A DNA stretch of 64,000 nt, from positions 19,599,910 to 19,663,909 of the forward strand of contig NC_134031.1 in NCBI RefSeq assembly GCF_964204645.1, in the 5' to 3' direction. Under the pieces are notes generated by a model. The model was not told the DNA's origin and did no database searches. It worked only from the letters and a program-made list of their open reading frames with translations. Within the stretch, counting starts at the first letter, position 1, and every line of letters begins with the position of its first letter. The position numbers were made by a program, and so were the translations under genes. Below are positions 1 to 21,781 of this stretch, piece after piece. The stretch comes from Tubulanus polymorphus (lineage: Eukaryota; Animalia; Nemertea).

Positions 1-3000
1 GCGAAGTCAATGAAGCGCCATCGTCGACTATTGTCGGCGGTCCTTGTCCAAACAACGTCAATAATCTCGTTGACGTTTCATTGTTTGTCGTGATGCGAAC
101 GACAGAGCGCCGGCCGCCTCCGATGGTCGTTTGTTGAATATGGACGGCTCCGTGCCGGATTTTCCGAACGCAGGTTTAACCGTCTAATTTATCGGTCATT
201 AATACGAGATTTCGACTAATTAAGAACGAATATGATGTTTGACGACGGCTACCGTTCACACGAGAACTCGATCCTGAACGGAAACTGTTGAAGGCTGATT
301 CTCAAAAGCTAGAAAGCATGATCGTCGCAGCCTTCTACATGGGCAGTAAGCCTATAAACCACCCATACAGTCAAAGTCCGTTATAACGCTACCATCCTTT
401 TTAATGCCACTGCTTTCTTAATGCCAAATGTTTTTTCTTCAGAAAACAAATTTGTGCTCAATCTAACTTAAATTCAATGAAAATATAAGTCTTTATAACG
501 ATGCAAATTTCGTTTTAACGTCATATTTTTCATTGATCTTAACGGTTTAGCACTATAAAGCACTTTACTATATGAATTGAAACACAGTATTAGTCAATTT
601 ATGCAGGGATGTACTAACAACAAATTAGTGTTTGCAGATTCAATATATTTGACAAATTGAAATAAAAAGTGCTAAACAACTATGCATGAGCGGACAATGA
701 TTTTAATGCTATCGTTGTTGCTTGTTTTGAGGGATTTGTTCCTCATTCTATTCATAGATTGGTTAGGTAATGATGATTGTGTGAATACATCGCTTTTCGC
801 GGGAGCAAATACAGAATAATGAAGTTCAATTTATTCCGAAGAAAAGAGAAAATCTCCAAGTTTGAACCTCGATGTTGAAGATAAACATTTATTTATTGTA
901 TTGAAACAGATTCGGTGGAATTCCTTCAACTAGTATCTAATCATCAAAATCTATTTGGAAGGTTCAAAACCTGTTCAATCATGCATCTAGACGTTAGTTT
1001 AGGAAATCTGTTAAACCTCGAAAAATCAATGATTCGAAAATGATTCATTCGGTCTAAACGTCACTTAGGCCTATACTCTCTTATTTTTGAAAATGGCTCA
1101 TAGAATTGAGTACTTCAATATTGTTGTTTTTTCATCAATTGAATTGTATAGACAGTCACTTGCCTACGGAAACCAACACGAATTGACGAGACGTTGATAT
1201 TTTTTCATGATAAAAAAAGCAATAAATCGATGTCGATATCGGAGACTTTATTACACCAATGTATACGCATATTGTGATGAAATGTACACGTCGTATAGCA
1301 GTGGCACGTATGATTCACTGATGCACGAATGAGCAGCAATAAATATATTGACACTCATGTAAATTATATGTACGTGTTTTATGATTAACAATGAATTAGA
1401 GGGCATCCATCCACCCTTCTTTAGAGGGTATTCCCTCTATCTCTTAGGGCTCGGGCTCCTCGTCAAATATGTAAATTTTCAATTAATATGTAGTAATCAA
1501 AATGCTCATGTTCATATATTTGAGTTAAATAAATTCATTCGTCAAATTGCATCGAATTGAATTCACTATTGTAAGTTCTAACGGATGGATCGGTGTATAC
1601 AATAAATTGTATTGAATTGACGGCGCATTTTCTGTCGAGATTGCTGTCAGTATGACTCTGATTTCGCCGCGACTATTTCCGAAGATTTCTTTTGTTTTCA
1701 GTTTTACATTTCTCGAGGTTTTACAAGATCGAGAACACGTTGCGGAAAATCTGTGGCACACAACACTCCGATAGTGAACGCATCTGTGACAACGTCACTT
1801 TTTGTCATCGGAATAAATAGAAAAAAAGACGACGTTAGAAACATATCAGTCAAAATACCGCAGCTGTTCTGAAGCGAATAATTTGATCAATCTTTTTCTA
1901 ATAACGACCCACGTGCCGGTGTCTTTCAACATCACGTTTCGCACAAAATAGAGAGCGCGCTATTTCGTTAAGATACTGCCCCCAGACACGCTCGTTCTGT
2001 TCGACTGAAATTAGCCGCGGGCTTTTCGGTTCGAGGCGCTTCTGAGCAGACAGTTATTACGAGCTGTGACCAGTTACAGTAAAATCACAAATCATCCGCC
2101 CTGGTAAAAATGCACGGCGCGTCCCGACCCAATTCCGTCAGCCATATAAGTTGGAGGCCGAGTTACGGTCGTGACTTCCAACGGTGGTCTTGTATTTTAA
2201 GTCCTGTCTCAAGTAGTTAGATCGTCTATAGAACCAAGATAGTCTTAGACTCAAAGCCTTGCTTGTGCAACTGGCCAAAGGTGCCCAAATATTCAATAGA
2301 CCCACGTCTATAGTTGTGATTTGACTCTAAGCTATACAAGAAAATTCGAAATGGACTTATTTCAAATCTAGCACAACCGTTCATTTGCTTGTGAAGATAT
2401 GTGTATCGTATTCTTAGATATTCTCAGATCTTGGGTTCTTAATCATCGAAAATACCTTGAATTCAAGATTTGGTGAACATTTCCTTTTCGACCTTATTAA
2501 ACCTGAAGATAAGGAAGTCGTTTGAAATCTGTAATTCCGTGCGAATTGGTCGTCATTTAATAATGAATCAGTAGGACTTTGTCTTCATTCTGTGACGGTG
2601 CGTGCTAACTGCAATCCGGCAAACTATAACACTGCTGAGCGTTCGTCAGACTTACTTATTCATGATCACAATAGACGATTAAACTGCTGGAAATTTTCTT
2701 TAATTAATAACATATGACGTGTTTTAGCTTTTTATTCGGTGAGAGTTGATACCTGTGCTGTTTTCTCTGTTGGACTGTTTTGTATATATAAAGGTACCAC
2801 CGCCCACACTGATCGAGTATGTTTTTAAATGTGAAATGTATTTCTGGCTTTTATATTTTCTTCACACCTTTAAAAGGCAGAGAGAAGCTCTTTCCGACGC
2901 GGTTTTATGAAGGCGTGGGACGTTCCCATTGCTCGTCGGTACTGAATCTGATTCCACTTCGCGCAGGTAGAAATTGCCATGACAGATGTTGTACTAGCGT

Positions 3001-5467
3001 GTCAAGAGGCGACCATGCGTGATCAATAACAAGTCGTATTCAGTTTAACTACCATACAGCCCTATACAATATTAATTAAAGGATTTCTAATTAACTGATC
3101 GACCACAAATATCCGAACAGCGTATGATCATAAAACAAGTAGCACGTAGACGGGATGGATGCAGAACATGCGAATATATGAGGCGTGTGCTTTTTTATTT
3201 ATCCTTCCATACGTTCAAAAAGGCATAAAGAAATATTCGTGAAAGAGTGGTGTTAACCAGGTGTAGAATAGATACAACGACGAAGGTTAACTACGTAGTT
3301 TATCAGACGCACGAGCTTTCGCTAATAATGTCTAGTAGCTTAATCGGGTGAATGAGTGGAAATAAAAATACGAATTGAAACGTGTGTGAATTAGAAAATT
3401 CTTATTAGTAGCCCTACGTATATCGGCGGGCATAGTTTAATGATTGATCTATATACAATTTCGCAGGAGCCTCGTGGCGTCTGCCGTCATTCCTACTACT
3501 CGATATAAAGCGCCAATGCGCTTCAAAAAACTAACGTAAGTTCATCAAAATAATATATCTTTTCTTTTGTAAACAAAAAGAATTGAAAGATGAAACGCCA
3601 GCAGCTATTTCCAATCTTCATAACGCAAAAAACCTTCGATACAAAAATGACGGCGCCACGCTCCTTTTTAAATACGACAGGCGGCTGTATGTGTGTTTTA
3701 TCCAAATGACGTTTAGATTTTTGTCATTTGACACTTCGGACACGTGTCCGGGCCTACGTCCGTACAGTATAGAGGACTACGAATGCCGCGTGGCACGCAT
3801 TAGATTTTTCGGTAACAGCCTCGAAATCGTCACCAGGTTCAACCAAAAATAAACTCAAACGCGTGTTGAACATTTATGTTCTTAACTCGTCCATCATTTT
3901 TGGAGTTCATGGTCAAAAGAGATACTCAATTCTTATTCCTTCCCCATTAGGCTTTTTGTTTTAAGTATACCACCTTTATTCATATTAGGGGATTATATTT
4001 TCCTTTGTAATTTTATAATTTTGTAAATTTGAATGTGTGAATGTGTGCATGATTGATGAATATTTGTGTTTTGACCGCGTGTGAAGGATAGGTGTCTCAT
4101 ACCCGACAAGTAACCCTTGCTTTAAATGAGCACCTACCACTGATATTGGAACATCCTTTATAAATATAAAATTTGTTACAATTTCTTGCGGAAATAAACT
4201 ATTATTACTCGAAAAAAACTATTATTACTCCTTTGGGAAAATGTTCGTCCTTTTAATCTTCCGCCGCTGAATACTGAATTATCACGATTATATCAGAACT
4301 ATTGGAAATCATTGATATTGATATATTTCATGGTATGATATATTCACATATTGTAATATCACAAACAGCAGCTGTAAGTGCTAATACACGTTCACAGTTT
4401 CACGGTCACGGCGATCAGAGTTCGCGTATTTATGTAATAAGTCGTAAATGGCATCCATTAATATACAAAACGGACCGATTTATTCGATCAGATTTCAGAT
4501 CAGTTTCTCCTAATCTGTCGACGTCATCGATGGTCACGTAACCGTGTCTGAAACGAAAATAACTATAAGCGCTTTCGCCCAGTAATGATTTCCGTAGTTC
4601 ATGTCTGAGGTTCCCGGTTCCCGATAACGAGGTATAATAACGACCCTCGCTTTACGAAATGGTTCCCTATGTTGAACGGATACGCAATATGGCGCGTTGT
4701 GAATATCAGCTCGAATGATTTTTACGATTTCTGACGCTCGCTTGCCCTGCACACACGGCCAATAATAATTAACACCTCGCTTTTTGTAACAGTTATCAAT
4801 AAAATGCCAGTTTCCGCGCTCGCGAGTAATAATAAGATTTTTTATTCGTTTTAAGTTTACGAGGTTAATATCTGTGTTCGGAATCGAGAACGAATTCGCC
4901 GGGGTCCTGGTCTTGTCAGACGATCCGTCGCCTATCAGGAAAACGCTCGCTCGCGTGATCTCATTGTATCAAACAGCGGCCGCCATTTTCTGGGAGAAAG
5001 TCTGCGTCAATCCTGGTGAGAAAAATCCATTCGTACTTTCGCTGTATTTCCTCTATGAAGTCCGACGTGCTGGGTTTCTATTTACGGCACCGGATCCACG
5101 CAATTACGAAAACCAAGCGGTTTCTCGCCTAGAAAACCACTTAATAACAAAATAATTATCGAATTCATTGATTCGGTTGTGTTTGTCTGTGTGAGAAATC
5201 TAAGGGTATGCGTCGTAACTTTCTATTTTGATTCGATGTCGAAGTACGAACTCCAAATACGGGCAGATCTATAGTAGAACCCACGAGCCAACAGGCCGGG
5301 TTGAGATTGATTTTATCCATGGTGATCTAAGTTATATAAGATAACAGGGTGTTGTATGTAATGTAAAGTGCCCCGATACCCTATGTAAAAATTCACGTCA
5401 CAATGTATCGACGCAATAGTATAATAGGAATTTAATTTCAATGGCGTACTTTTCACTGTGATACAAT

Positions 5468-5526
5468 GTTCAACCTTGGAGTAATCATTTGAGATGATTA
5501 CTCGAATGATTACTCCAAGGTTCAAC
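5468..5526. repeat. Short palindromic dispersed repeat (copies at ~25103-25146 and ~45798-45870)
   Basis: Perfect 18-bp inverted repeat AACCTTGGAGTAATCATT (5472-5489) / AATGATTACTCCAAGGTT (5505-5522). Confidence 0.7.
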
Positions 5527-5790
5527 GGCGCTTTCGATTAATTTGTTATAATCACCCCCAGCCTATAACTCTAGCCATTTATCAGTCATCTCTTCCTGGA
5601 GAGAAGTAACATCCGGGCAGCTGCTAGGGCGCTCAGGAGTCATGTATCAGGCCACGTGTCCCATTTACTCCTGGGTGGAGTGAGGAAATGAAGATAAGAG
5701 TCTTTGCTAGGGAACAAACACTATTGTACGGAGGTCGAACCCACAACCTGGCTTCCCAGAGTCTTTCGCCCGCACCGCTCGTTCAAATAT
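5527..5790 (-). mobile_element. tRNA-derived SINE with CORE-like central domain
   Basis: Minus strand shows degenerate A box (GAACGAGCGG), B box GGTTCGACCTCC, CORE-like CCCTAGCAAAGACTCTTATCTTCATTTCCTCACTCCACCCAGGAGTAAATGGG, and an L2-like AAAGCGCC 3' motif. Confidence 0.6.
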
Positions 5791-7057
5791 TATTTGAATT
5801 GAATTGATTCTTCTCGTCGGTCGGTTTGAACTTCAGGGGCAACTGCGGCTCAGCAGTAGACGATGCGCTGAAACGCGCGCACCGTGAAGAGAAATCGGTC
5901 CGATTTATTCGACGATGCGCTGATGTTGATTGCATTACTAACCGATGAAACCAGTTTGAATGAGAAGCAGTCATGGAGAAATTCGCGCGAAGTACTCGTT
6001 AATGGCTTATCTATTGAGGACGCGACGACTGCGACGAAAGGGCAATATGGTACGCTTACGGCGTTGACGCCTGCGAACGCAAATCTAATAGCAGTTTATG
6101 TTGGAAATTAACTTAAACAAATCGCGTTACATCCTCGCACGACGTCGATATTATTAACGAACGCCGAATCGCAATTCGATGACGGTTTGAGAAGGCTTTT
6201 AAGTCGGTGATAAGTGGGCTAAATCTATTCTTTGACAAAAGCGACGCTGATTGGATCTGCGACGGTTGCCGATTGTGGCGACAATTTGCGACGATTGATG
6301 TACAATGATTGTCGAATAGAATTAATAGCTAATACCTGATATACATTGATCGGTCGTCTCATCTCAGGCGATGCGATAATAATACGCTATCTATTTGTTA
6401 TCGAATATAATTGTCTTTCCTCTGCAAACTGTGAACACTTATCCTTTGAATAATATCACTTTCTTCAGTCGTTTTATACTCATAAAACAAATCTGATTAT
6501 GAATTCTTATCATAGATATCGGGATAAGATTTTCACAATTTCATACATTTCGTATTAGACGACAATGTTCTGATGCTCTCCGTGATCTCTTCCTGATCTG
6601 TCGAGACCCATTTTCGGTAATTCATTTATTCCATACGCATTGGGTGGGGGTGGGGGTCAGTGCAATTGCGTACCCTAATTGCGTACCCTAGATTTATGTG
6701 AGAAAATGGCCGGCAAAAGGGAAGGGGGATGAGAAATTCAAAATAATTGAATTATCCTAAAGTATAGAACGGATCGCTATAATCTCAGCATTAACACAAA
6801 TATAGAATATATTGTATTCCTCGAAATCCTGTATAATTTGGTCTTTATCGAATCTGGGAATATCATTTTGGTTAACAGTGTCTTTTCTACGCTTATTAAG
6901 ATCTTGGTTACCACTGGGATAGGCTCTTAGACAGTATTGTCAAACCACAGCTCGGTAATCACGATTGATAGAACACTATATCCGTGTTGACGCGATGTAG
7001 AGAGAATCCCACAATGATAAGGAAAAAGTCCGAAAATGTAACTTTGAGATAGTAGTT

Positions 7058-7101
7058 TATTCAACGTTTCGACTATATCCTAATAGTCATCTTCAGGAAT
7101 A
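7058..7101 (-). ncRNA. Intact minimal type I hammerhead ribozyme motif, minus strand
   Basis: Reverse complement reads TATTCCTGAAGATGACTATTAGGATATAGTCGAAACGTTGAATA, a perfect core with helices I and II. Confidence 0.8.
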
Positions 7102-7112
7102 ATGAATAATCT

Positions 7113-7363
7113 TATTCGTGAAGATGACTATTAGGATATAGTCGAAACGTTGAATAAACTACACTAGCTCAAGGAATACAGTATTCCTGAAGATGGCTAT
7201 TAGGATATAGGCGAAACGTTGAATAAACTACACTAGCTCAAGGAATACTGTATTCCTGAAGATGACTATTACGATATAGTCGAAACGTTGAATAAACTAC
7301 ACTAGCTCAAGGAATACAGTATTCCTGAAGATGACTATTAGGATAAAGTAGAAACGTTGAATA
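7113..7363 (+). ncRNA. Four tandem minimal type I hammerhead ribozyme motifs (starts 7113, 7182, 7251, 7320)
   Basis: Consensus UAUUC-CUGAAGA-U-GACUAU-loop6-AUAGUC-GAA-ACGU-U-GAAUA: CUGANGA and GAAA core boxes, 6-bp helix II, 5-bp helix I, palindromic AACGUU helix III. Unit 3 (7251-7294) is intact. Unit 1 has C3>G; units 2 and 4 have helix II mismatches. Confidence 0.8.
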
Positions 7364-7508
7364 AACTACTATCTCAAAGTTATATTTTCGGACTTTTTCC
7401 TTATCATTGTGGGATTCTCTCTACACAGCTCGGTAACTTGCATCCTCCGTAGATACAACGAAAAACAAAGGAAAATCCAAAAGATAATATTCCATATCAT
7501 TTCGTTCA

Positions 7509-7514
7509 TTTATT
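7509..7514 (-). terminator. Candidate polyadenylation signal (AATAAA) of the BarH-like gene
   Basis: First minus-strand AATAAA I found downstream of the stop at 8009, after an AT-rich UTR-like stretch. Confidence 0.45.
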
Positions 7515-8008
7515 TTCGTTCTCATAGAATATCTACAATATTTTTCTTCATATATTTCACTTTATATATTTTCACATATACATATATTACTTTTTACACG
7601 ACACATACCGGGGTTGTGAACCCACTATGTAACTCTATTATGCTTTGTTCACACAGCGGCCAGCTCATGTTTATAAAACTAGCACCAAATGCACAAAATA
7701 CACAACAACAACAAAAGAATAAACGCGGCAGTGATTCTTTCGGAGTTATTTCTTATTTCTAAAAAGAAACTGAAAATTCTAATTTCTGTTTAAAATCGTG
7801 CCCTATTAGTTCATTAAGACTCGCATTGGGTAACGAGCCAGAATTTGGGCCATGATTTTCATGATTTTTTTCGTCGCTGTAGTTATGATATATACGCAAG
7901 TTTGTACAGATAAAATGCAAAAGACGTGAAGAGAACAACGCTGTATTCATTGTCCGTGCCCGATCTACAGATATAGACCCACTCGCGGATTGTTTTACGA
8001 AACTATAG

Positions 8009-17385
<9,377 letters not shown>

Positions 17386-20300
17386 TTGATATTTTTTCAC
17401 CGTTTATCAAATAGGTATATAGCCTAGAATCTCTTTAACAGTTCCTTCGACTTAGAGAAATCTATCAGTGATGTCGATTTCTGGTATTGCTGTGCATGAT
17501 TATTCTAAATGGAAACAGTAAATATTTGTTCTGAAAAGTCTAACGCAGAAATTTCCGGTTCTTGTGCGTCGGTGAATTTGATATGCGATTAACGATGAAA
17601 AGATCTACCAAACTGCAGGTTCTCCAAACTCTATTGACCGAGTATCAAATCTCAACTGTGACTTTAAAGTGTCGTTTTACGACAAAATATCAATTTGCGT
17701 TCCGGCCATTCACCGCGGCGCCCCTCCCATCCGACGCGCTGATTGGTCGAAATCGTCGCCGAATACTATCCACGTGACCGATTATCGCTCAATCGAAGCC
17801 CGTTGCAGACGATATTCGCGGCGTTGTCACAAATTAGATTATAAATCATCGAATAATGCCTTGCTTTCGAGCGTCGCAATTTTCCTTCATAGAAATCGTC
17901 AGGTATTCAACGCTTGTCGTATTAAAGCGGCCCGGGTAATGAATGCTAAATCCTGTTTATTTTGATGATATCACGTTTGTATTAAACGTATATAATGCCG
18001 AACCATAGAAAGTCGACGAACGGTTTAATCATGAATTTTGTCTCGGGTGATATTCATTTTATTTATTCACGCCTAGGAGAAATTATAACATAATATCGTA
18101 CGGACTGTTAAACGAGCGCCGAAAAACTATCGCGTAGGATTTCTACAAAATCATCACAAGTTATTTCACTATTGAAAACGATATCTTCTCTCATATCACG
18201 AACCTATCCGATGAACTCTAGCATAACTCTCTATTGTTAAACACTGATTCGGAGATTTCATGATATATCGAAAGAAAACAATCGCTATAGTTCCTCCGTC
18301 GCGGAAAATGGATTAGAATGATTCATTCTCGATTATTTTGAAATGAAAATCTAATATTGACAGTCGGCAGATGGCACCAAAATGAAGCTATATGTTTATA
18401 AAGTTCTGTGTGTATCAAGAAGAAAGATTTAAAGATCGCTTATCCAAGATTAACTAACCACACTAGTTAAGAGAGTTCACCTGAATCCAGTTTTAGAATT
18501 GTGAATTAGATTTGACTTTCAAGTTTTAAAATCAGTTAATTTTCAGTGAGTTACGCATAAGTCAAATCTAGTATCAACTAAGTCAAGGATTCACCCAGAA
18601 CCGTGGAACCTAACCATTCTTGCCAAAGAGATGTGCTAGGGCTTTGGTCTTTCTGATGTGTCCCTATGAATTTAAGTTAAAGTCTATAACAGGCGATCTT
18701 TCCACAGAAGACCACTGTTCACGTGCGATATCGCAAAATCGCATCATCAATCGCCATATAATAAATTAATTAGCATTCTTGAGTCGTAAAGGCGTAAAAT
18801 TTTCCGTTAATTCCGCGCCATCGTCCAACAAAACATTAATCTACTCACGAGCGCTCTAATCAAAACATATTGTGGCTGCTAATTAAGCCGAAACTGCGCT
18901 GGAACTTATAATGAATTGGCGAACGCGTTTTTAGAAATCTGCCACATTAGTAAGTCACTGGGGACCGATTATAGCTCGATTGAGTGTATATTAATAACTA
19001 AACCTGCACTATTTGATTAAACTTCCTCGCTTAATTGCTCGGAATTGAATTGTAACGAAGCCATTGCCGCCAAAATGAAATGTATCCAATTCATTTTTCA
19101 TTGGTTGCGCGTTGTAAATATGCGTTTGAATAATGTAAGGTGCTTATGTTGAATAATGAAATCGCTGGAAGAGTCTTTAAGTCAAGGCGTACGAGGGTCA
19201 TTAGGGATCATGCAATTCTATCATTTGCTAGACTCTCGCTAGTCGAACCATACGGTAATTACGATCTTTTATTCGAACTTGTATGAAATTGGAAATGTCA
19301 ATGATTAAAAATTTTAATGACCGTTATTTGATGAAGGGTTTCCCAGCGTCACGACCTCAGTCAATCCATACGACACTTCTGTTCACACATTACCACGCAC
19401 TGCTGTAACATTCAGAGCTGATATAACGGTATTAAACTCGGTAATTGATTAATTAATTAACGATCTTTTCATTGCAACAATTTCCTGTCATGTTGTGGAA
19501 CCAGTAAAACACATTCATTGCTATACAAAGACTTAATACTGTCTCAAATTGATATTTTCCTATGATAGCGTTGTTCATCAATATTACTGCTGGTGACGAT
19601 TTGAAAATGAATTTCAACTTTTTATGATTAGATCTAACTAAACCGAGGCACTGGGTGCATTCGTTGCATAAAAAACCGTCCCGATTTTTACCTACAGCGA
19701 TGATGAGAATTTAATGAAGTTTTTGAAGTAGTTGTTCGATAAAGACTTGATCATTTTGACACGTTGTTTTTTAGCGACGAATTGGCAGTTTTGACATGTA
19801 ACATCCGTCGATTGTCACTAACGCTACGTTTCGCTTTTATATACGCGTCTAAGCGGCCCTTCCCTGGCAGTATTTCACCACCGTCATCAAATACCCCGAT
19901 TCAGACCCAACAAATTAAACATTCTTTTGCCGAGCAGCTGCGATATTTAGCCGCACAAAGCGAGCAATGATTGCCGGTTTAAATCAGGGACACCCCCGAA
20001 TATTGGGATTCATTCAGGCGAACAGGACGCAGGCTTAACCGAAAGCCTCCCTTTTCACCAGTTTCTCAGATGCTGGCAAACTCTCTCCTTTGACCGGTTA
20101 TTCACGTTTCTCGTCTCGATTAACTATCTATTTCGTTTCTAAACACGACCATTCACGTGAAAGGCGGATTTCGTGAACAAATTTAGCGATGAGTGGAAAA
20201 TCGAGGATAAATGTTTATGTTGTGAATTCGTCGTTTGTCAAAAAGCGGGTGCAAACGTTTGCACAAGGAAACGAAACGTGGTATTCACCATAACGATACA

Positions 20301-21709
20301 CTTATCCGATCACTCTATTCAGAATGTGTTTAGAAAACAGATTTCTAATTTACGAAACACATTGGAATCGATTTACTGCCGTTTTAGTATAGATTTCAAA
20401 GCGATGCAACACGTATAACACGGCTTTCGTTGCAACGTGATTTTGACTGAATTCTGAACTCAAGCGTTTGGCAGATGAATGGGAAACAACTCCTGCGTGT
20501 CCCCAAGGGGTTCATGGGCGCCCCCTTTTGGGCTATAATGCCCTTTCGGGGTTTGTTGAAAAATATCTGTAGGCTACTTCATGACTACGTCCGCTCCAAA
20601 CTTCATCAACCCAAGATCTATATCCCGCGGCGTCAAGCAGTCATTTCTTTTTCATTTTCTCAAGAGAAATTCGACCCCTCGCGCCAACTTAAAAAATCCT
20701 AGGGCCGGTTCCGGTTAGTCAGAGCTTGGATTAAGATCAATCGAAGGCCACCTTAGTTCTATAGAATGGCAACAAACAACTTAAGACCAGTCTTAAGATT
20801 AAGTCTTAAGACGGCTTTTTGACTTTAGTCTCGACTATGGAACCAGATCATGATCTCTAAAATCATAACCCATAACTAAAATGAACATCATAGTCCTGAT
20901 TTAATTTCTTTACCGATTTCAATATCATATCGGTTGAAAAGACTGAGAAGCCAGCATCGAATTCTATTCGCCTTAAACTCATTAAAAAACAGACTTCAAA
21001 TCTAGCGACGATATCGGATTATATTTAGTTTGATTATTGGTTTAACTTCTGTCGTATTTGCGTCCATTTATCTTGATACTTTGATTAAAGTCTTAGCCAA
21101 CGGCGATCCTCAAGGCCTGTGGACCCGGCAAACAAACTACCAACAGATTTCGATTGGGCTCGGGTTTATTTTAAAACAGCTACAATAGCTCAGTCGTTAC
21201 GGCCAACAATATCGAATTTATCTAGCTTACCATCTTAAAATGATTGACATAAAGGCTCAATTACAAGTACAATTAGACCTTGTAACAAGATTGTCTTTCT
21301 TTGCTTTATGCTGTGATCGGCCAGACGGCATAGAGGGAAAGGCTTACCACGCCCACTTTCTTCTTGTATTACAACTTAAAGATGAATAGTGTTAGTTTAA
21401 TCGGTTTACACGGATTACCCTCGCAAAAATAGCCCTGGGAAAGGTTTTCGACTGCACGGGAATTCAAACGCAGTTTTGAATTTAGGAACACCACACCGAT
21501 CGCAGTAGAGCTTTCAGTTATGTGTTTGTACATTTCTAAAACTGGTTTTTCATGAACTTTCTCTAGGAAATGCTGATTTGTAAACAAATTGAAATATAAT
21601 GTCAATGGATCGAATGATTACCCCAAGAATCGTCATTGTAAAGATATATCCTATATTCGAGTGATCAATACGGTATCGATTAGAGATCAATCTGTTCGGT
21701 CATTATCGA

Positions 21710-21781
21710 GGGGTTGTAGCTCAGTGGTAGAGCGTCCGCTTTGCATGCGGAAGGCCCGGGGTTCGAAACCCCGCAACTCCA
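21710..21781 (+). tRNA. tRNA-Ala (TGC)
   Basis: Acceptor stem GGGGTTG/CAACTCC with G3:U70 alanine identity pair; anticodon arm TCCGC-TTTGCAT-GCGGA; GTTCGAAA T loop; TTTT shortly downstream. Confidence 0.96.

Larger units (their letters stand above)
6959..7425. mobile_element. Non-autonomous Penelope-like/retrozyme-type foldback element with tandem hammerhead motifs
   Basis: 106-bp inverted arms 6996-7101 and 7320-7425 (3 mismatches); internal 69-bp tandem units; 13-bp direct repeat CACAGCTCGGTAA at 6946-6958 and 7424-7436; related copies at ~29850 and ~39780. Confidence 0.8.

Noticed and set aside
1525-6111. Short ORFs of 60-95 aa in the first 6 kb and throughout the desert
   Set aside because: Many start at non-ATG codons and none shows a domain signature or consistent splice structure; expected by chance.
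7113-7363. CRISPR-like array of regularly spaced repeats
   Set aside because: The intervening sequences are identical rather than unique spacers, the context is eukaryotic, and there are no cas genes. A tandem hammerhead repeat explains it.
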